From Candidatus Omnitrophica bacterium UBA6249 (lineage in GTDB: Bacteria; Omnitrophota; Gorgyraeia; Gygaellales; Profunditerraquicolaceae): 64,000 bases of DNA. Each line of letters opens with the position of its first letter. The first letter of the stretch is position 1. The notes below the pieces were generated by a model. That model made no database searches and had not been told where the DNA came from. It saw only the letters and a list, made by a program, of their open reading frames with translations. The stretch spans positions 409,210 to 473,209 of the forward strand of contig DJVT01000009.1 in NCBI GenBank assembly GCA_002441305.1. The letters are read 5' to 3'. The position numbers and the translations under genes were made by a program. This document shows, in pieces, positions 9,092-17,846 of the stretch.

Positions 9092-9193
9092 ATAATGTTC
9101 ACTAATTAGTGAACATTATCAAAAAGTGAACATTAAATGGCTATAGAAATATAATGTCCCCTGGCGAGTGGACATTTATCACCAGTGGACATT
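9092..9193. repeat. Two composite palindromic boxes of the form AATGTyCnC-N6-GTGrACATT-N8-GTGrACATT
   Basis: Box1 is at 9094-9117, inside a perfect 28-bp palindrome at 9092-9119, with an extra half-site at 9126-9134. Box2 is at 9153-9176 with an extra half-site at 9185-9193. Each extra half-site starts 17 nt after the start of the right arm. Confidence 0.85.
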
Positions 9194-9214
9194 TAAGCAG
9201 GGCTTTACACCCCT

Positions 9215-9529
9215 TTACATTTCTGACGGATTGGGCGTTTTAAATACCAAAAATGTAGCGTTATCACTGCCGGTATTCTTGATGATCATCGGCGTTTGAA
9301 AGGCGACCGGTAATAGATCGCCTTCCTTAACCTGATTATCTGCACCGTCAAGATTAACCGATAAATTGCCTCTTACAACCAGAAGATGAACATTTGAATT
9401 AGCATTATGCTGAGGAACACTCTGCCCGGGCTTTAACGCTATCTGCATTACAAGAAGATGTTTCTCATCAACAACCTTGCGATTGCCCATCTTGTCGTCA
9501 TTATACGGAATATTTTCTAAAACATTCAT
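9215..9529 (-). CDS. Cupin domain protein
   Basis: 104 aa with a small beta-barrel-type sequence (PGQSVPQHNANSNVHLLVVRGNL...). Last gene of the hcp module. Confidence 0.65.
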   Translation of the reverse strand: MNVLENIPYNDDKMGNRKVVDEKHLLVMQIALKPGQSVPQHNANSNVHLLVVRGNLSVNLDGADNQVKEGDLLPVAFQTPMIIKNTGSDNATFLVFKTPNPSEM

Positions 9530-9540
9530 AAGTTAACCTC

Positions 9541-11172
9541 CTAACGGGCTTCCATCATAGCCTTAACATCATCCTCAACAGTGCTTATCGGCTTGATGTC
9601 AAACTTTTCGATCAGAACCTTTGCAACATTCGGGGATATAAACGCAGGCAAAGTAGGCCCTAAACGAATGCCTTTTACTCCAAGGTGTAACAAAGCTAAT
9701 AGAACAGCAACAGCTTTCTGTTCATACCAAGCAATGTCAAATGAGATCGGAAGCTCATTGATATCATTAAGCCCGAAAACTTCCTTCAGTTTAAGGGCAA
9801 TAACAGCGAGCGAATAAGAATCATTACACTGACCAGCGTCTAAAACTCGAGGAATTCCATTGATGTCGCCCAGAGGCAATTTGTTATAACGGTATTTTGC
9901 ACAGCCCGCAGTTAAAATAACCGTATCTTTAGGCAGAGCTTCTGCAACCTCCGTAAAATAGCTTCTCGGCTTTTGACGGCCGTCACATCCAGCCATAACA
10001 ATAAACCGTTTTATTGCCCCTGATTTAACAGCTTCGACAACTTTATCTGCCAAAGCAAGAACCTGATTATGAGCGAATCCGCCGACTATCTCACCGGTTT
10101 CAATTTCCTTAGGCGGTTGACATTTCTTTGCCAGCTCAATAATCCCGCTGAAATCTTTTTTACCACCTTCGCTTCGGTCAGGTACATGCTTAACACCCGG
10201 ATAACCAGCCATACCGGTAGTAAATATTCTGTCTTTATAGGAATCCTTTACCGGAATGATACAGTTTGTCGTCATCAGGATGGGGCCATTGAAAGTTTCA
10301 AAATCCTGATTCTGATGCCACCATGAACCGCCGTAATTACCCACGAAATGATCGTATTTCTTGAAAGCAGGGTAATAATTTGCCGGAAGCATTTCACTGT
10401 GGGTATATACATCAACACCTGTTCCTTCGGTTTGTTTCAGCAATTCTTCCATATCCTTCAAATCATGACCTGAAATGAGAATACCGGGATTATTCCTGAC
10501 TCCAAGATTTACTTTTGTTATTTCAGGATTGCCATAGCTCTGAGTATTAGCTTTGTCCAGAACAGCCATAGCCTTTACTGCGTTTTCACCAGCTTCAAGC
10601 ACGAGTCCTGTCAACTCATCAGCGGATGAATTATTAGCGATAGCCGCAAGTCCTTTATACATAAAGCTAAAAATAGATTCATCATACTGACCCAAAACAG
10701 AAGCATGATCCGTATAGGCGGCTATTCCTTTTAACCCGTACAAAAGCAATGACTTCAATGATCGGATATCTTCGTTATCACTGTAGGAAAGAGGGCTTAC
10801 CTCTAACGACTTCTTGATAAAATCTTCTTTTGTATCTGCCGACCATACTGCCGAGTCATGCAAGCCGTCTTCTGAAATCTGCACCTTGCCTTTAACTTCA
10901 TCACGCAACACAAGAGCCTTCTTAATAAGATCTGCGATCCTGTCCTCATCAAAGTTTGCGTTAGTAATCGTTGAAAAAAGAGCCTGACAGGTAAATACGC
11001 CGTATTTTTTATCCAGAGAATCCGCTTTCTCCGCATAGATAGAAAGCCCTTGTAAAGCATAAACCAATAGATCCATTAAATCTGAGGATCTTTCATCCTT
11101 ACCGCAAACACCCTTAATCGTACAGCCGGTATTTTTTACGGTTTCCTGACACTGAAAACAAAACATTCCCAT
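9541..11172 (-). CDS. hcp: Hybrid cluster protein / hydroxylamine reductase
   Basis: 543 aa. The N-terminal [23 protein letters not shown] cysteine motif and the overall length are typical of Hcp. Confidence 0.95.
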   Translation of the reverse strand: MGMFCFQCQETVKNTGCTIKGVCGKDERSSDLMDLLVYALQGLSIYAEKADSLDKKYGVFTCQALFSTITNANFDEDRIADLIKKALVLRDEVKGKVQISEDGLHDSAVWSADTKEDFIKKSLEVSPLSYSDNEDIRSLKSLLLYGLKGIAAYTDHASVLGQYDESIFSFMYKGLAAIANNSSADELTGLVLEAGENAVKAMAVLDKANTQSYGNPEITKVNLGVRNNPGILISGHDLKDMEELLKQTEGTGVDVYTHSEMLPANYYPAFKKYDHFVGNYGGSWWHQNQDFETFNGPILMTTNCIIPVKDSYKDRIFTTGMAGYPGVKHVPDRSEGGKKDFSGIIELAKKCQPPKEIETGEIVGGFAHNQVLALADKVVEAVKSGAIKRFIVMAGCDGRQKPRSYFTEVAEALPKDTVILTAGCAKYRYNKLPLGDINGIPRVLDAGQCNDSYSLAVIALKLKEVFGLNDINELPISFDIAWYEQKAVAVLLALLHLGVKGIRLGPTLPAFISPNVAKVLIEKFDIKPISTVEDDVKAMMEAR

Positions 11173-11198
11173 AGTTTCCTCCTTCTTTTAGAAAACTT

Positions 11199-11615
11199 TT
11201 ATGTTTTCTTTTTGAGTTTCTGTATTAATTTGCCAATGGTCAATTTTTCAAATTCTTTACCAACCATATTTTCTATCCGTTTAATTTCTTCCCTTAAAAC
11301 ACAGGTCTTTCGATCAGGGCAAATTTTCTGCCTGAACATGCAGTCCGATAATTCAAAATCACCCTGAAAAACTTTTATCAAATCCATTATGCGTATTTTT
11401 GCCGGACTCTTGATTATTCGGACACCGCCGGATACGCCTTCTTTTGACTCCACAAATCCAGCCTGTATTAACTTCTGCAAAATAGCTCGCAGGAAATGGT
11501 AAGGAATATTTAAAGTTTCGGATATGTTCTTAGCTGACAAAAAATTATCTTTCTCTTTTGCCAAAAGAATCAATGCCCGAACCGCATAATCTGTATCTTT
11601 AGTTAAAATCTTCAT
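11199..11615 (-). CDS. Rrf2-family transcriptional regulator (three-Cys, NsrR/IscR-like)
   Basis: The track start 11636 is GTG. The ATG at 11615 has an AAGGA upstream. Rrf2 N-terminal wHTH (TKDTDYAVRALILLA) and a C-x7-C-x5-C cluster (SDCMFRQKICPDRKTC). Confidence 0.85.
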   Translation of the reverse strand: MKILTKDTDYAVRALILLAKEKDNFLSAKNISETLNIPYHFLRAILQKLIQAGFVESKEGVSGGVRIIKSPAKIRIMDLIKVFQGDFELSDCMFRQKICPDRKTCVLREEIKRIENMVGKEFEKLTIGKLIQKLKKKT

Positions 11616-11637
11616 AGCAATCCTTTGAATTGCCACT

Positions 11638-11666
11638 ATTTTAGTAGAAGTTTAATGTTTTGTCAA
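11638..11666 (-). promoter_or_regulatory. Sigma70-type promoter of rrf2-hcp-cupin
   Basis: On the minus strand: TTGACA (11666-11661), 17 nt, TAAAAT (11643-11638), about 22 nt upstream of the rrf2 ATG. Confidence 0.6.
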
Positions 11667-11696
11667 TGTATTTATTTAAGCTGACTTGAAGGCTCT

Positions 11697-11720
11697 AATG
11701 TTCGCTACTCAGTGGACATT
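11697..11720. repeat. Third copy of the AATGTyCnC-N6-GTGrACATT box
   Basis: AATGTTCGC-tactca-GTGGACATT has the same 9-6-9 architecture as the boxes at 9094 and 9153. It lies upstream of the -35 of the rrf2-hcp promoter. Confidence 0.8.
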
Positions 11721-11783
11721 TATTTGTGGTAAAAGGTATGCAAGATTTGCGGCGTGGGTGTTCTATAACATAGAACAGTTGTT

Positions 11784-12263
11784 CTACAGTCTAGTACGCT
11801 TAGGAATCTTGTCTGTTTTGAAGTGTTTATCTATCCAGCCGTTTTTGACCTTATCCCGGCTATCGAAGTGCTTAACATAGGGCTTTATATCCAGAAGCGG
11901 CGTACCGTCTAAAATATCGACTTCCGTAAAAGTGATGATGTTCCCTTTGACGCTCTTTAGTTTCACGATCGAAAATCCGATATGATTCGGCCGGTGCGGA
12001 CTGCGTATGGCAAATATCCCATGTTCGGCATCTTCCAGAAAAGGTTTGCCGGTTAACTTCTCCTCTTTTGAGCGGTTGAAATGATAAATCAGGATAACAT
12101 GCGAAAACCCCTCAACGTCTCTTAATCCCGCTTTATATTCAGGAAATATTCTGGCGGTGCCGGTAACTCCCCTTTTAAACTTCCCCTGAATAGGCATGCC
12201 TTTGGGTTCTTTGTACGGCGTATTAATAACACCTATGGGTTTTATTGTAATAGGCTTCTTCAT
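11784..12263 (-). CDS. trmO: TrmO/TsaA-like (YaeB family) SAM-dependent methyltransferase
   Basis: 159 aa. The N-terminal IKPIGVINTPYKEPKGMPIQG and later HRPNHIG motifs are typical of the family. Confidence 0.65.
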   Translation of the reverse strand: MKKPITIKPIGVINTPYKEPKGMPIQGKFKRGVTGTARIFPEYKAGLRDVEGFSHVILIYHFNRSKEEKLTGKPFLEDAEHGIFAIRSPHRPNHIGFSIVKLKSVKGNIITFTEVDILDGTPLLDIKPYVKHFDSRDKVKNGWIDKHFKTDKIPKRTRL

Positions 12264-12583
12264 TAAAACGTCACGACCTTATCCGACTCCTTCACGATAT
12301 TGTACATGTCCTGCATGGTATTGATCGGACACATTTCTGTACCGCCTTGATTCCGTAGTTTAATACAGGAACCACAGGCGTAAATTTTGCCACCTGATTT
12401 AGCAAAATTCTCTGCCTGTTCAACGGTATTGAATTTATCGGTGCCGATATTCTGATATTCAACACCCTTACCCATGAAAAACACTTTAACCTCGTCACCT
12501 TGTCCGAGAGCAAAATTACCGTAACGCAAAGCGTTCCAGCAAGTCTCAGCGTCATTGCTGGCAATAACAATTCCTATTTTCAT
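12263..12583 (-). CDS. DsrE/DsrF-like sulfur-relay family protein
   Basis: 106 aa with MKIGIVIASND...ACGSCIK. One-nt start/stop junction with the trmO-like gene. Confidence 0.6.
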   Translation of the reverse strand: MKIGIVIASNDAETCWNALRYGNFALGQGDEVKVFFMGKGVEYQNIGTDKFNTVEQAENFAKSGGKIYACGSCIKLRNQGGTEMCPINTMQDMYNIVKESDKVVTF

Positions 12584-12596
12584 ATCTCAACTCTCC

Positions 12597-12902
12597 TCAT
12601 TTTTTAATTAAAACCAATAGCATTTTAAATTTTTCTATTGCTTGCACGGAATGCGGTTCGTTAGCGGGCATGATTATCATCTCCCCTTCTTTTACGATAT
12701 GCGGCTTCCCTGATATCTTAACCTCCGCTTGGCCGTCAAGGACGTTGACCAAGGCATCAAATGGGGCCGTATGTTCACTTAAACCCTGGCCTTTATCAAA
12801 GGCAAAAAGCGTGACTGTACCGGATTCCTTTTTAATTATTTCTTTGCTTACGATAGATCCATCTTGATAATTAACCATTTCTTTAAACGATAACACTTGC
12901 AT
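12597..12902 (-). CDS. Cupin domain protein
   Basis: 101 aa with cupin-like GQGLSEHTAPFDALVNVLDGQAEV...MPANEPHSV. Confidence 0.65.
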   Translation of the reverse strand: MQVLSFKEMVNYQDGSIVSKEIIKKESGTVTLFAFDKGQGLSEHTAPFDALVNVLDGQAEVKISGKPHIVKEGEMIIMPANEPHSVQAIEKFKMLLVLIKK

Positions 12903-12914
12903 ATGCGGTGTCCT

Positions 12915-13451
12915 TTATTTTTTTTCGTATTGCTCCACGACTTTGGTGTATTTTTCATGGATCATTTTCCGGTCAAACTCCCACATCTCGTTAAGCATGG
13001 CATCCTTTTCAGCATCGGTAAAATAATCCATGCAGGGCAGGAAAAAGTGCTTGTCCTCTTTCTCAATGTGCTTGGGATAGAATTTAACCAGAGTTTCAAT
13101 GTTTGATACTATCTCTTTTAAAGCCCCGTTATCGCCATGGGCATATTTTTCTTTCGCCTCAACCAGATTCTTAACATTGTTCCTGCCCATTTTATGCTCT
13201 TCGATAAGCTCATTCATAATTCTATTATGCTCATCGGAGATTTTCTTTTTGGCAAGATCCCTGAATAAGATGTCCTCCTCTTTACCATGATGGCATCTGT
13301 CAGCGTATATCCGTATAAAATCCACGGCGGTATCAACAAAGGCAGGATCGACCTTCCCCTCTTTACTTATATTTTCCAAGTTAACCCGCATTATCTTGAT
13401 CATTCGCTCTATAAGCCTGTGTTCTATCATTAAAGGTCCTACTGGCATCAT
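12915..13451 (-). CDS. Hemerythrin-like domain protein
   Basis: The track ORF (to 13589) overlaps the beta-lactamase gene. The ATG at 13451 has a GGAGG 8 nt upstream. MIEHRLIERM...CHHGKEEDILF is a hemerythrin-type His/Glu pattern. Confidence 0.7.
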   Translation of the reverse strand: MMPVGPLMIEHRLIERMIKIMRVNLENISKEGKVDPAFVDTAVDFIRIYADRCHHGKEEDILFRDLAKKKISDEHNRIMNELIEEHKMGRNNVKNLVEAKEKYAHGDNGALKEIVSNIETLVKFYPKHIEKEDKHFFLPCMDYFTDAEKDAMLNEMWEFDRKMIHEKYTKVVEQYEKK

Positions 13452-13470
13452 AATGAACACCTCCTTCCGA

Positions 13471-14265
13471 TTATAAAAGCCCTTGGGATTTGAAGATGTC
13501 TTGAACGATATTCTTCGCGGTTGCTCCGGATGAGGTCTCCCCTCCGGTAATATTACAAGCGAATACGTATGTTGTATCTCCACTCTCAAGAAAACCTACA
13601 AACCAGCCCATATTCCAATTGCCATCAGAGTCCATGCCTGATCCGGTCTTGCCGTAAAGCGCGCCTTTCTCGGTTTTCTCAACCAGCATAACGTCTCGCA
13701 GTATTGCGATATTATCCTCAGAGAACGGAAGTTTGCCATCCAAGAGTTTATTTAAAAGAGCGGCCTGTTCATCAGCACTGATCTTAATTGATGTGGTATC
13801 CGGTCGTGGAAGCCAGAAGATATCGATCCCGGCTGAAATATCCTCTGAGCCATACCCAATCTTATTGATATAGTCCTTCATCCGGGCTTCGCCGATTTCC
13901 CTCGCCAAGATCTGATATGCAGGAACAGCCGACACCCGGAACGCTTCCCGAAGTGTTAAGTTCTGATTCCATCCATCAATAAACCGCTTAACGCCATCCC
14001 ATTTATACCACGGCTCGTCAGCCCCTTTGATCAACCCAAGTTCAAGCCCGATCAGAGTATTGTATATTTTAAAAGTCGAACATGGAGAAAGACGGCGCGC
14101 GCTAAGCTCCGGATCAATGTTAACCGTCTCGCCGGTTGAACGGTTATAAACCACCAGTGCGGCGTCATATCCCTGCAAAAGCGATGTATCCACATCCAAG
14201 GCGAAGGAAGTCGAACCCGATAAAAGAACGCTAAAAACGAATGTTATGATTTTTATGACTTTCAT
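13471..14265 (-). CDS. Class D (OXA-like) beta-lactamase family protein, secreted
   Basis: 264 aa with a signal peptide. Carries the full motif set: STFK, SAV, YGS, FWL, KTG. Confidence 0.8.
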   Translation of the reverse strand: MKVIKIITFVFSVLLSGSTSFALDVDTSLLQGYDAALVVYNRSTGETVNIDPELSARRLSPCSTFKIYNTLIGLELGLIKGADEPWYKWDGVKRFIDGWNQNLTLREAFRVSAVPAYQILAREIGEARMKDYINKIGYGSEDISAGIDIFWLPRPDTTSIKISADEQAALLNKLLDGKLPFSEDNIAILRDVMLVEKTEKGALYGKTGSGMDSDGNWNMGWFVGFLESGDTTYVFACNITGGETSSGATAKNIVQDIFKSQGLL

Positions 14266-14522
14266 TTTTTATTACTCCACCAGCGCCGCGGCGAGCGACA
14301 TCATAAGCCCTGAACAAACCCCACAGTATGGAGCGGGGCGCGTCGAATGGGTCGACTTACTATAACCCGGCCATCGGCCAACCGAATGATCTCAGGAACA
14401 CCGTATTCTTTTTAACTGTCTTATTTTCCATTAGTTACGCAAATTTATAAATCTCTACCTTTTATGATTTTGAGCCAAAATGTCACGCATATTCATCGGT
14501 TACTAACTGAAAACTACCCCTT

Positions 14523-15353
14523 TTAATAATCAGCCGATAAATCAATCGCAGACCTAGAAACTTCACAGCCATAAGTATGCTGCCGTAACACCATTCCTGC
14601 AAGCTTGAGCATCTCTTGAGATGATCCTGGGAATAGCTTAACTTTCCTGACCGTTTTATTGGACAGCTTAACTCTATATTCATCTTCTCTTGAATTATCT
14701 ATTAATCCATGAGAAGCACTAATAAAAAAAGTATCACAAACAATACGAAATTCTTTCTCAAATGTAAACGCATTATGTTTCAAGAATAATCCACCCATAG
14801 CAGCTATATGAGGAAAGTTATTTGCATACGACGAATCTTTATCATAGAAGGAAAAATGAGCTAAAGACAAATTATTAATTCTTTCTCCGGGTTTATTATA
14901 TTCGACAGGTCGAGCTATTATTACCAACGATCTTCCCTGATCTTTATAAAATTGTTCAAAATCGGATTGGAGACCTTCAAAATTAACTTCGAGACAAACA
15001 CCTCTGTTCCCATACAGCTTCCACATAGCCATTGACTCTTCTTCAGAATTATGCCAACAACTTACGTAAATCCATGACTTTGCTTTCTTAATATTCTCTA
15101 AAGAAGGCATCTTGGGAATACTTGTAAGATCTTGATCATTAAAAGAAGGATTCCCCATTTTAATTTGGTCTTGAATAAATTTATTGCACATCTCTGTCTC
15201 TTGCCTCTCTGCAAGAATATCCCAACAAAGCTTAGGTAATCCTTCCCATGGATCAGCAAAAAAGTTTGCAGTTGGTAAATATAGCCCCTGAGAGCATAAA
15301 TCTACAAAATGTTCGAAAGTCATATACCGAGATAATATCATCAGATTACTCAC
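14523..15353 (-). CDS. DUF2971-family protein
   Basis: 276 aa. N-terminal LSRYMTFEHFVDL and core YVSCWH...SMAMWKLYGNRGVCLEVNF resemble DUF2971. A/T-rich gene flanked by about 250-300 nt of non-coding sequence on each side. Confidence 0.6.
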   Translation of the reverse strand: MSNLMILSRYMTFEHFVDLCSQGLYLPTANFFADPWEGLPKLCWDILAERQETEMCNKFIQDQIKMGNPSFNDQDLTSIPKMPSLENIKKAKSWIYVSCWHNSEEESMAMWKLYGNRGVCLEVNFEGLQSDFEQFYKDQGRSLVIIARPVEYNKPGERINNLSLAHFSFYDKDSSYANNFPHIAAMGGLFLKHNAFTFEKEFRIVCDTFFISASHGLIDNSREDEYRVKLSNKTVRKVKLFPGSSQEMLKLAGMVLRQHTYGCEVSRSAIDLSADY

Positions 15354-15648
15354 TTGCTTTCGGCTATCTTCTAATCTATTTTATAACGCAAAGGCAACAA
15401 GTAGATTAATTCTTATTGTATATCTCTCAAAAACGGCACAGCCGTAGCGTAGAACTGCATCCATTTGACAGCCGAAAGTTCTAATATAGACTCGTTCCTT
15501 AACCATAATGCAGTATTATAACAAGGGCTGGGTGAACAAGAAAGGATTTTTGTCAGGCAAGAGTACCGCGGACCAACACAAAGTTTGATTCATGGCAGGT
15601 GCCGGACGACTGCGACTGCCGAAAGAAAGAGATTCTATCTTATTGTGA

Positions 15649-16728
15649 TTATTTAAACCACTCTCTTGTTTTAAGACAAACTCGCACCAACATAAGCATA
15701 ACAGGTACTTCTATTAATACTCCCACGACGGTTGCAAGTGAAGCACCAGATGACAGACCAAACAGTATTGCTGAAGTGGCTATGGCAACTTCAAAATGAT
15801 TGCTGGCGCCAACTAATGCGGAAGGAGCAGCATCTCGGTAAGGCAGTTTTAACCATTTAGCCACAGAATAGGTTATGGCAAAAATAAAACAAGTCTGTAT
15901 AAAAAGAGGTATGGCAATAAGAACAATTATCTGAGGTTGATTAATTATCAGCTCTCCTTTAAACAAAAACAATAAAACAAGCGTCAGTAATAATGCGCCT
16001 ATTGAAACCGGTGTTAAATAATGCAGAAACTTTTCCTCAAACCACTTCCGACCCTTTTTCGCAATAATAAATTTTCTTGAATAGTAACCCAGCAATAGGG
16101 GCAAACCTACATAAATCAATACTGATAAAACGATGGTTTGCCAAGGAATTGGCATTTTATTAACCCCAAGAAGCCATCCGCCAAGAGGCGCATAAAGAAA
16201 AAGCATGGTCAAAGAATTAATAGCGACCATAACAAGTGTGTGGCCGTTGTTGCCTTTGGCAAGATGACCCCAAATCAATACCATGGCGGTACACGGCGCT
16301 ATACCAAGTAAAATACATCCGGCGATATAAGATCTGGATAATTCAACCTCTACCCCGCCTTTTACAATCTCCATTCCCGGGAGCCACCCTTTAAAGATAA
16401 CGCCTAAAAACAACCAAGCGATGGCAAGCATGGTAAACGGCTTTATGCACCAATTCATAATTAAAGTGAGAATGACCGGCTTGGGAGTTTTGCCCGCCTT
16501 AATAACCTCGGCAAAGTCAATTTTTACCATAATCGGATACATCATGAAGAAAAGACAAATAGCGATCGGCATGGAAACCTGATAAACTGAGATCTGGTCA
16601 AGCATAACAGCGACCTGGGGGAATAACTTGCCAAGCGCTATCCCGACTCCGATACAAAGAATGACCCAGGCGGTAAGATATTTTTCAAAAAAACTTAACC
16701 GTCTTTCTTCGTTAATGGCATGCTCCAT
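15649..16728 (-). CDS. acr3: ACR3-family arsenite efflux transporter
   Basis: 359 aa polytopic membrane protein. N-terminal [23 protein letters not shown] is typical of Acr3. Confidence 0.9.
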   Translation of the reverse strand: MEHAINEERRLSFFEKYLTAWVILCIGVGIALGKLFPQVAVMLDQISVYQVSMPIAICLFFMMYPIMVKIDFAEVIKAGKTPKPVILTLIMNWCIKPFTMLAIAWLFLGVIFKGWLPGMEIVKGGVEVELSRSYIAGCILLGIAPCTAMVLIWGHLAKGNNGHTLVMVAINSLTMLFLYAPLGGWLLGVNKMPIPWQTIVLSVLIYVGLPLLLGYYSRKFIIAKKGRKWFEEKFLHYLTPVSIGALLLTLVLLFLFKGELIINQPQIIVLIAIPLFIQTCFIFAITYSVAKWLKLPYRDAAPSALVGASNHFEVAIATSAILFGLSSGASLATVVGVLIEVPVMLMLVRVCLKTREWFK

Positions 16729-16740
16729 TTACTCTCCTTC

Positions 16741-17427
16741 CTAAAACAACTTCAAAATATAAATTCCTGAATAATACAACCCTACGAGAATAAAAATCAC
16801 TCCGGTAATCCTACGGGTATATAATTCCAGCTTCGTTATTCTGTTAAACCAATGACTCATCGATGTCACTCCAAACGCAATAGCGACAGCGAATGCCAAC
16901 ACCGGAAGCCCCGTCCCTACTCCGTAAGCAAACGACAATATTATCCCGCTTTTACTATTAAGCGCCAATGGAATAAGACTTCCGAAGAATAATGCAGCCG
17001 AGACCGGACAAAACGCCAAAGCGAATACAACTCCCAAAAGAAACGCCCCCGGTGCACCCGACTCCACAAGTTTATTGTGGTGTTTTTGAGGCAGTGCCAC
17101 ACCGGGCAATTTTATCGTGATAACTTCCAGCAAAAACAAACCGGAAATTATCAAAAGCGGGGCTAAAGACTTGGCCATGTATTTTTGTAGAAACTGCGCC
17201 ACCTGTGGCACATTTAAAAAAGAACTGATGATGATCCAGCCGAGAACCGCATAAGCGACCACTCTTCCCAACGTGTAAGCCAGTCCTGAAATAAAAACAA
17301 GGACCGGATGAACGATCTTCTTTGAAAGAAAAGACACCGCCGCAATATTTGTGGCTAAAGGGCATGGGCTGATTGACGTCAATATCCCCAGCCATAGAGC
17401 TAAGCCTAACGCGATTAACGACTCCAT
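16741..17427 (-). CDS. CcdA/DsbD-like membrane thiol-disulfide protein (ArsG-family-like)
   Basis: 228 aa and multi-TM with an SPCPLATNIAAV motif. Lies between the CxxC protein gene and acr3. Confidence 0.7.
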   Translation of the reverse strand: MESLIALGLALWLGILTSISPCPLATNIAAVSFLSKKIVHPVLVFISGLAYTLGRVVAYAVLGWIIISSFLNVPQVAQFLQKYMAKSLAPLLIISGLFLLEVITIKLPGVALPQKHHNKLVESGAPGAFLLGVVFALAFCPVSAALFFGSLIPLALNSKSGIILSFAYGVGTGLPVLAFAVAIAFGVTSMSHWFNRITKLELYTRRITGVIFILVGLYYSGIYILKLF

Positions 17428-17846
17428 TATTGTGCGTCCTTCATAAATGCGTCTAATACGCCAGTTACGTAATCAATAAACTTTTGCTTATTGCCGGCAA
17501 ACTCCCAGATCTTATCAAGATTTTTTGATTTAACTTCCTTGCCATCTTTGACCAATGAAAGAATAAGTGATTTGGTATACAGTTTATAGTCACTCACAAA
17601 ATGTTCATTGCCCTGATCTTCAACATTAACCGCCTTAAACTCAAGTTTTTCGGAAGCCAAGGCGTCCTTGAAATTTGTCTCGACAGCTTCCCTTGAGTAT
17701 CTCTCCATATTCATACATGTCGAACACCGAAACAAACCATGGAAATAATATACTATGACTTTTACCTGCGGGCTTGATTGGGCAAAAGCAAAAGAACCGG
17801 CGCTAATTACCGCAACAATCGCAAGAATCTGAATTATTTTCCTCAC
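17427..17846 (-). CDS. Secreted thioredoxin-fold CxxC protein (ArsF-family-like)
   Basis: The GTG at 17846 has an AGGAGG 5 nt upstream and gives the signal peptide MRKIIQILAIVAVISAGSFAFA. CSTC motif. The track start 17921 is over-extended. Confidence 0.6.
   Translation of the reverse strand: MRKIIQILAIVAVISAGSFAFAQSSPQVKVIVYYFHGLFRCSTCMNMERYSREAVETNFKDALASEKLEFKAVNVEDQGNEHFVSDYKLYTKSLILSLVKDGKEVKSKNLDKIWEFAGNKQKFIDYVTGVLDAFMKDAQ

Noticed and set aside
9092-9119. The perfect 28-bp 11-6-11 palindrome, considered as the chromosomal dif site at the replication terminus.
   Set aside because: The arm/spacer geometry and partial resemblance to Xer-binding arms are suggestive. However, gene orientation does not switch across the site (all genes are minus-strand on both sides), and there are three copies. 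A terminus dif is therefore unlikely. The operator or module-junction interpretations are kept as a finding.
11760-11776. The palindrome GTTCTAT-aac-ATAGAAC, 8 nt after the trmO-like stop, considered as an intrinsic terminator.
   Set aside because: The stem is short and A/T-rich and no U-tract follows on the minus strand. It may be a protein-binding site, but there is not enough evidence to call it either way.
13452-13589. N-terminal extensions of longest-ORF calls: 13589 hemerythrin-like, 17921 CxxC protein, 40493 pckG, 43341 ackA, 49225 thi4, 51229 metX, 56876 anti-sigma, 9028 abiEi, 11636 rrf2.
   Set aside because: The extensions overlap the preceding gene or a riboswitch terminator and use TTG/GTG or unsupported ATGs. 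Internal starts have good SDs or start/stop coupling and match the usual family N-termini.
14281-14400. A GC-rich 120-nt patch in an A/T-rich intergenic region, considered as a tRNA, tmRNA or other ncRNA.
   Set aside because: There is no T-loop (GTTCGAATC-type) or acceptor structure, only short local hairpins. One minus-strand frame reads like the C-terminal stub of a protein directly after a stop codon, so a gene remnant is more likely.
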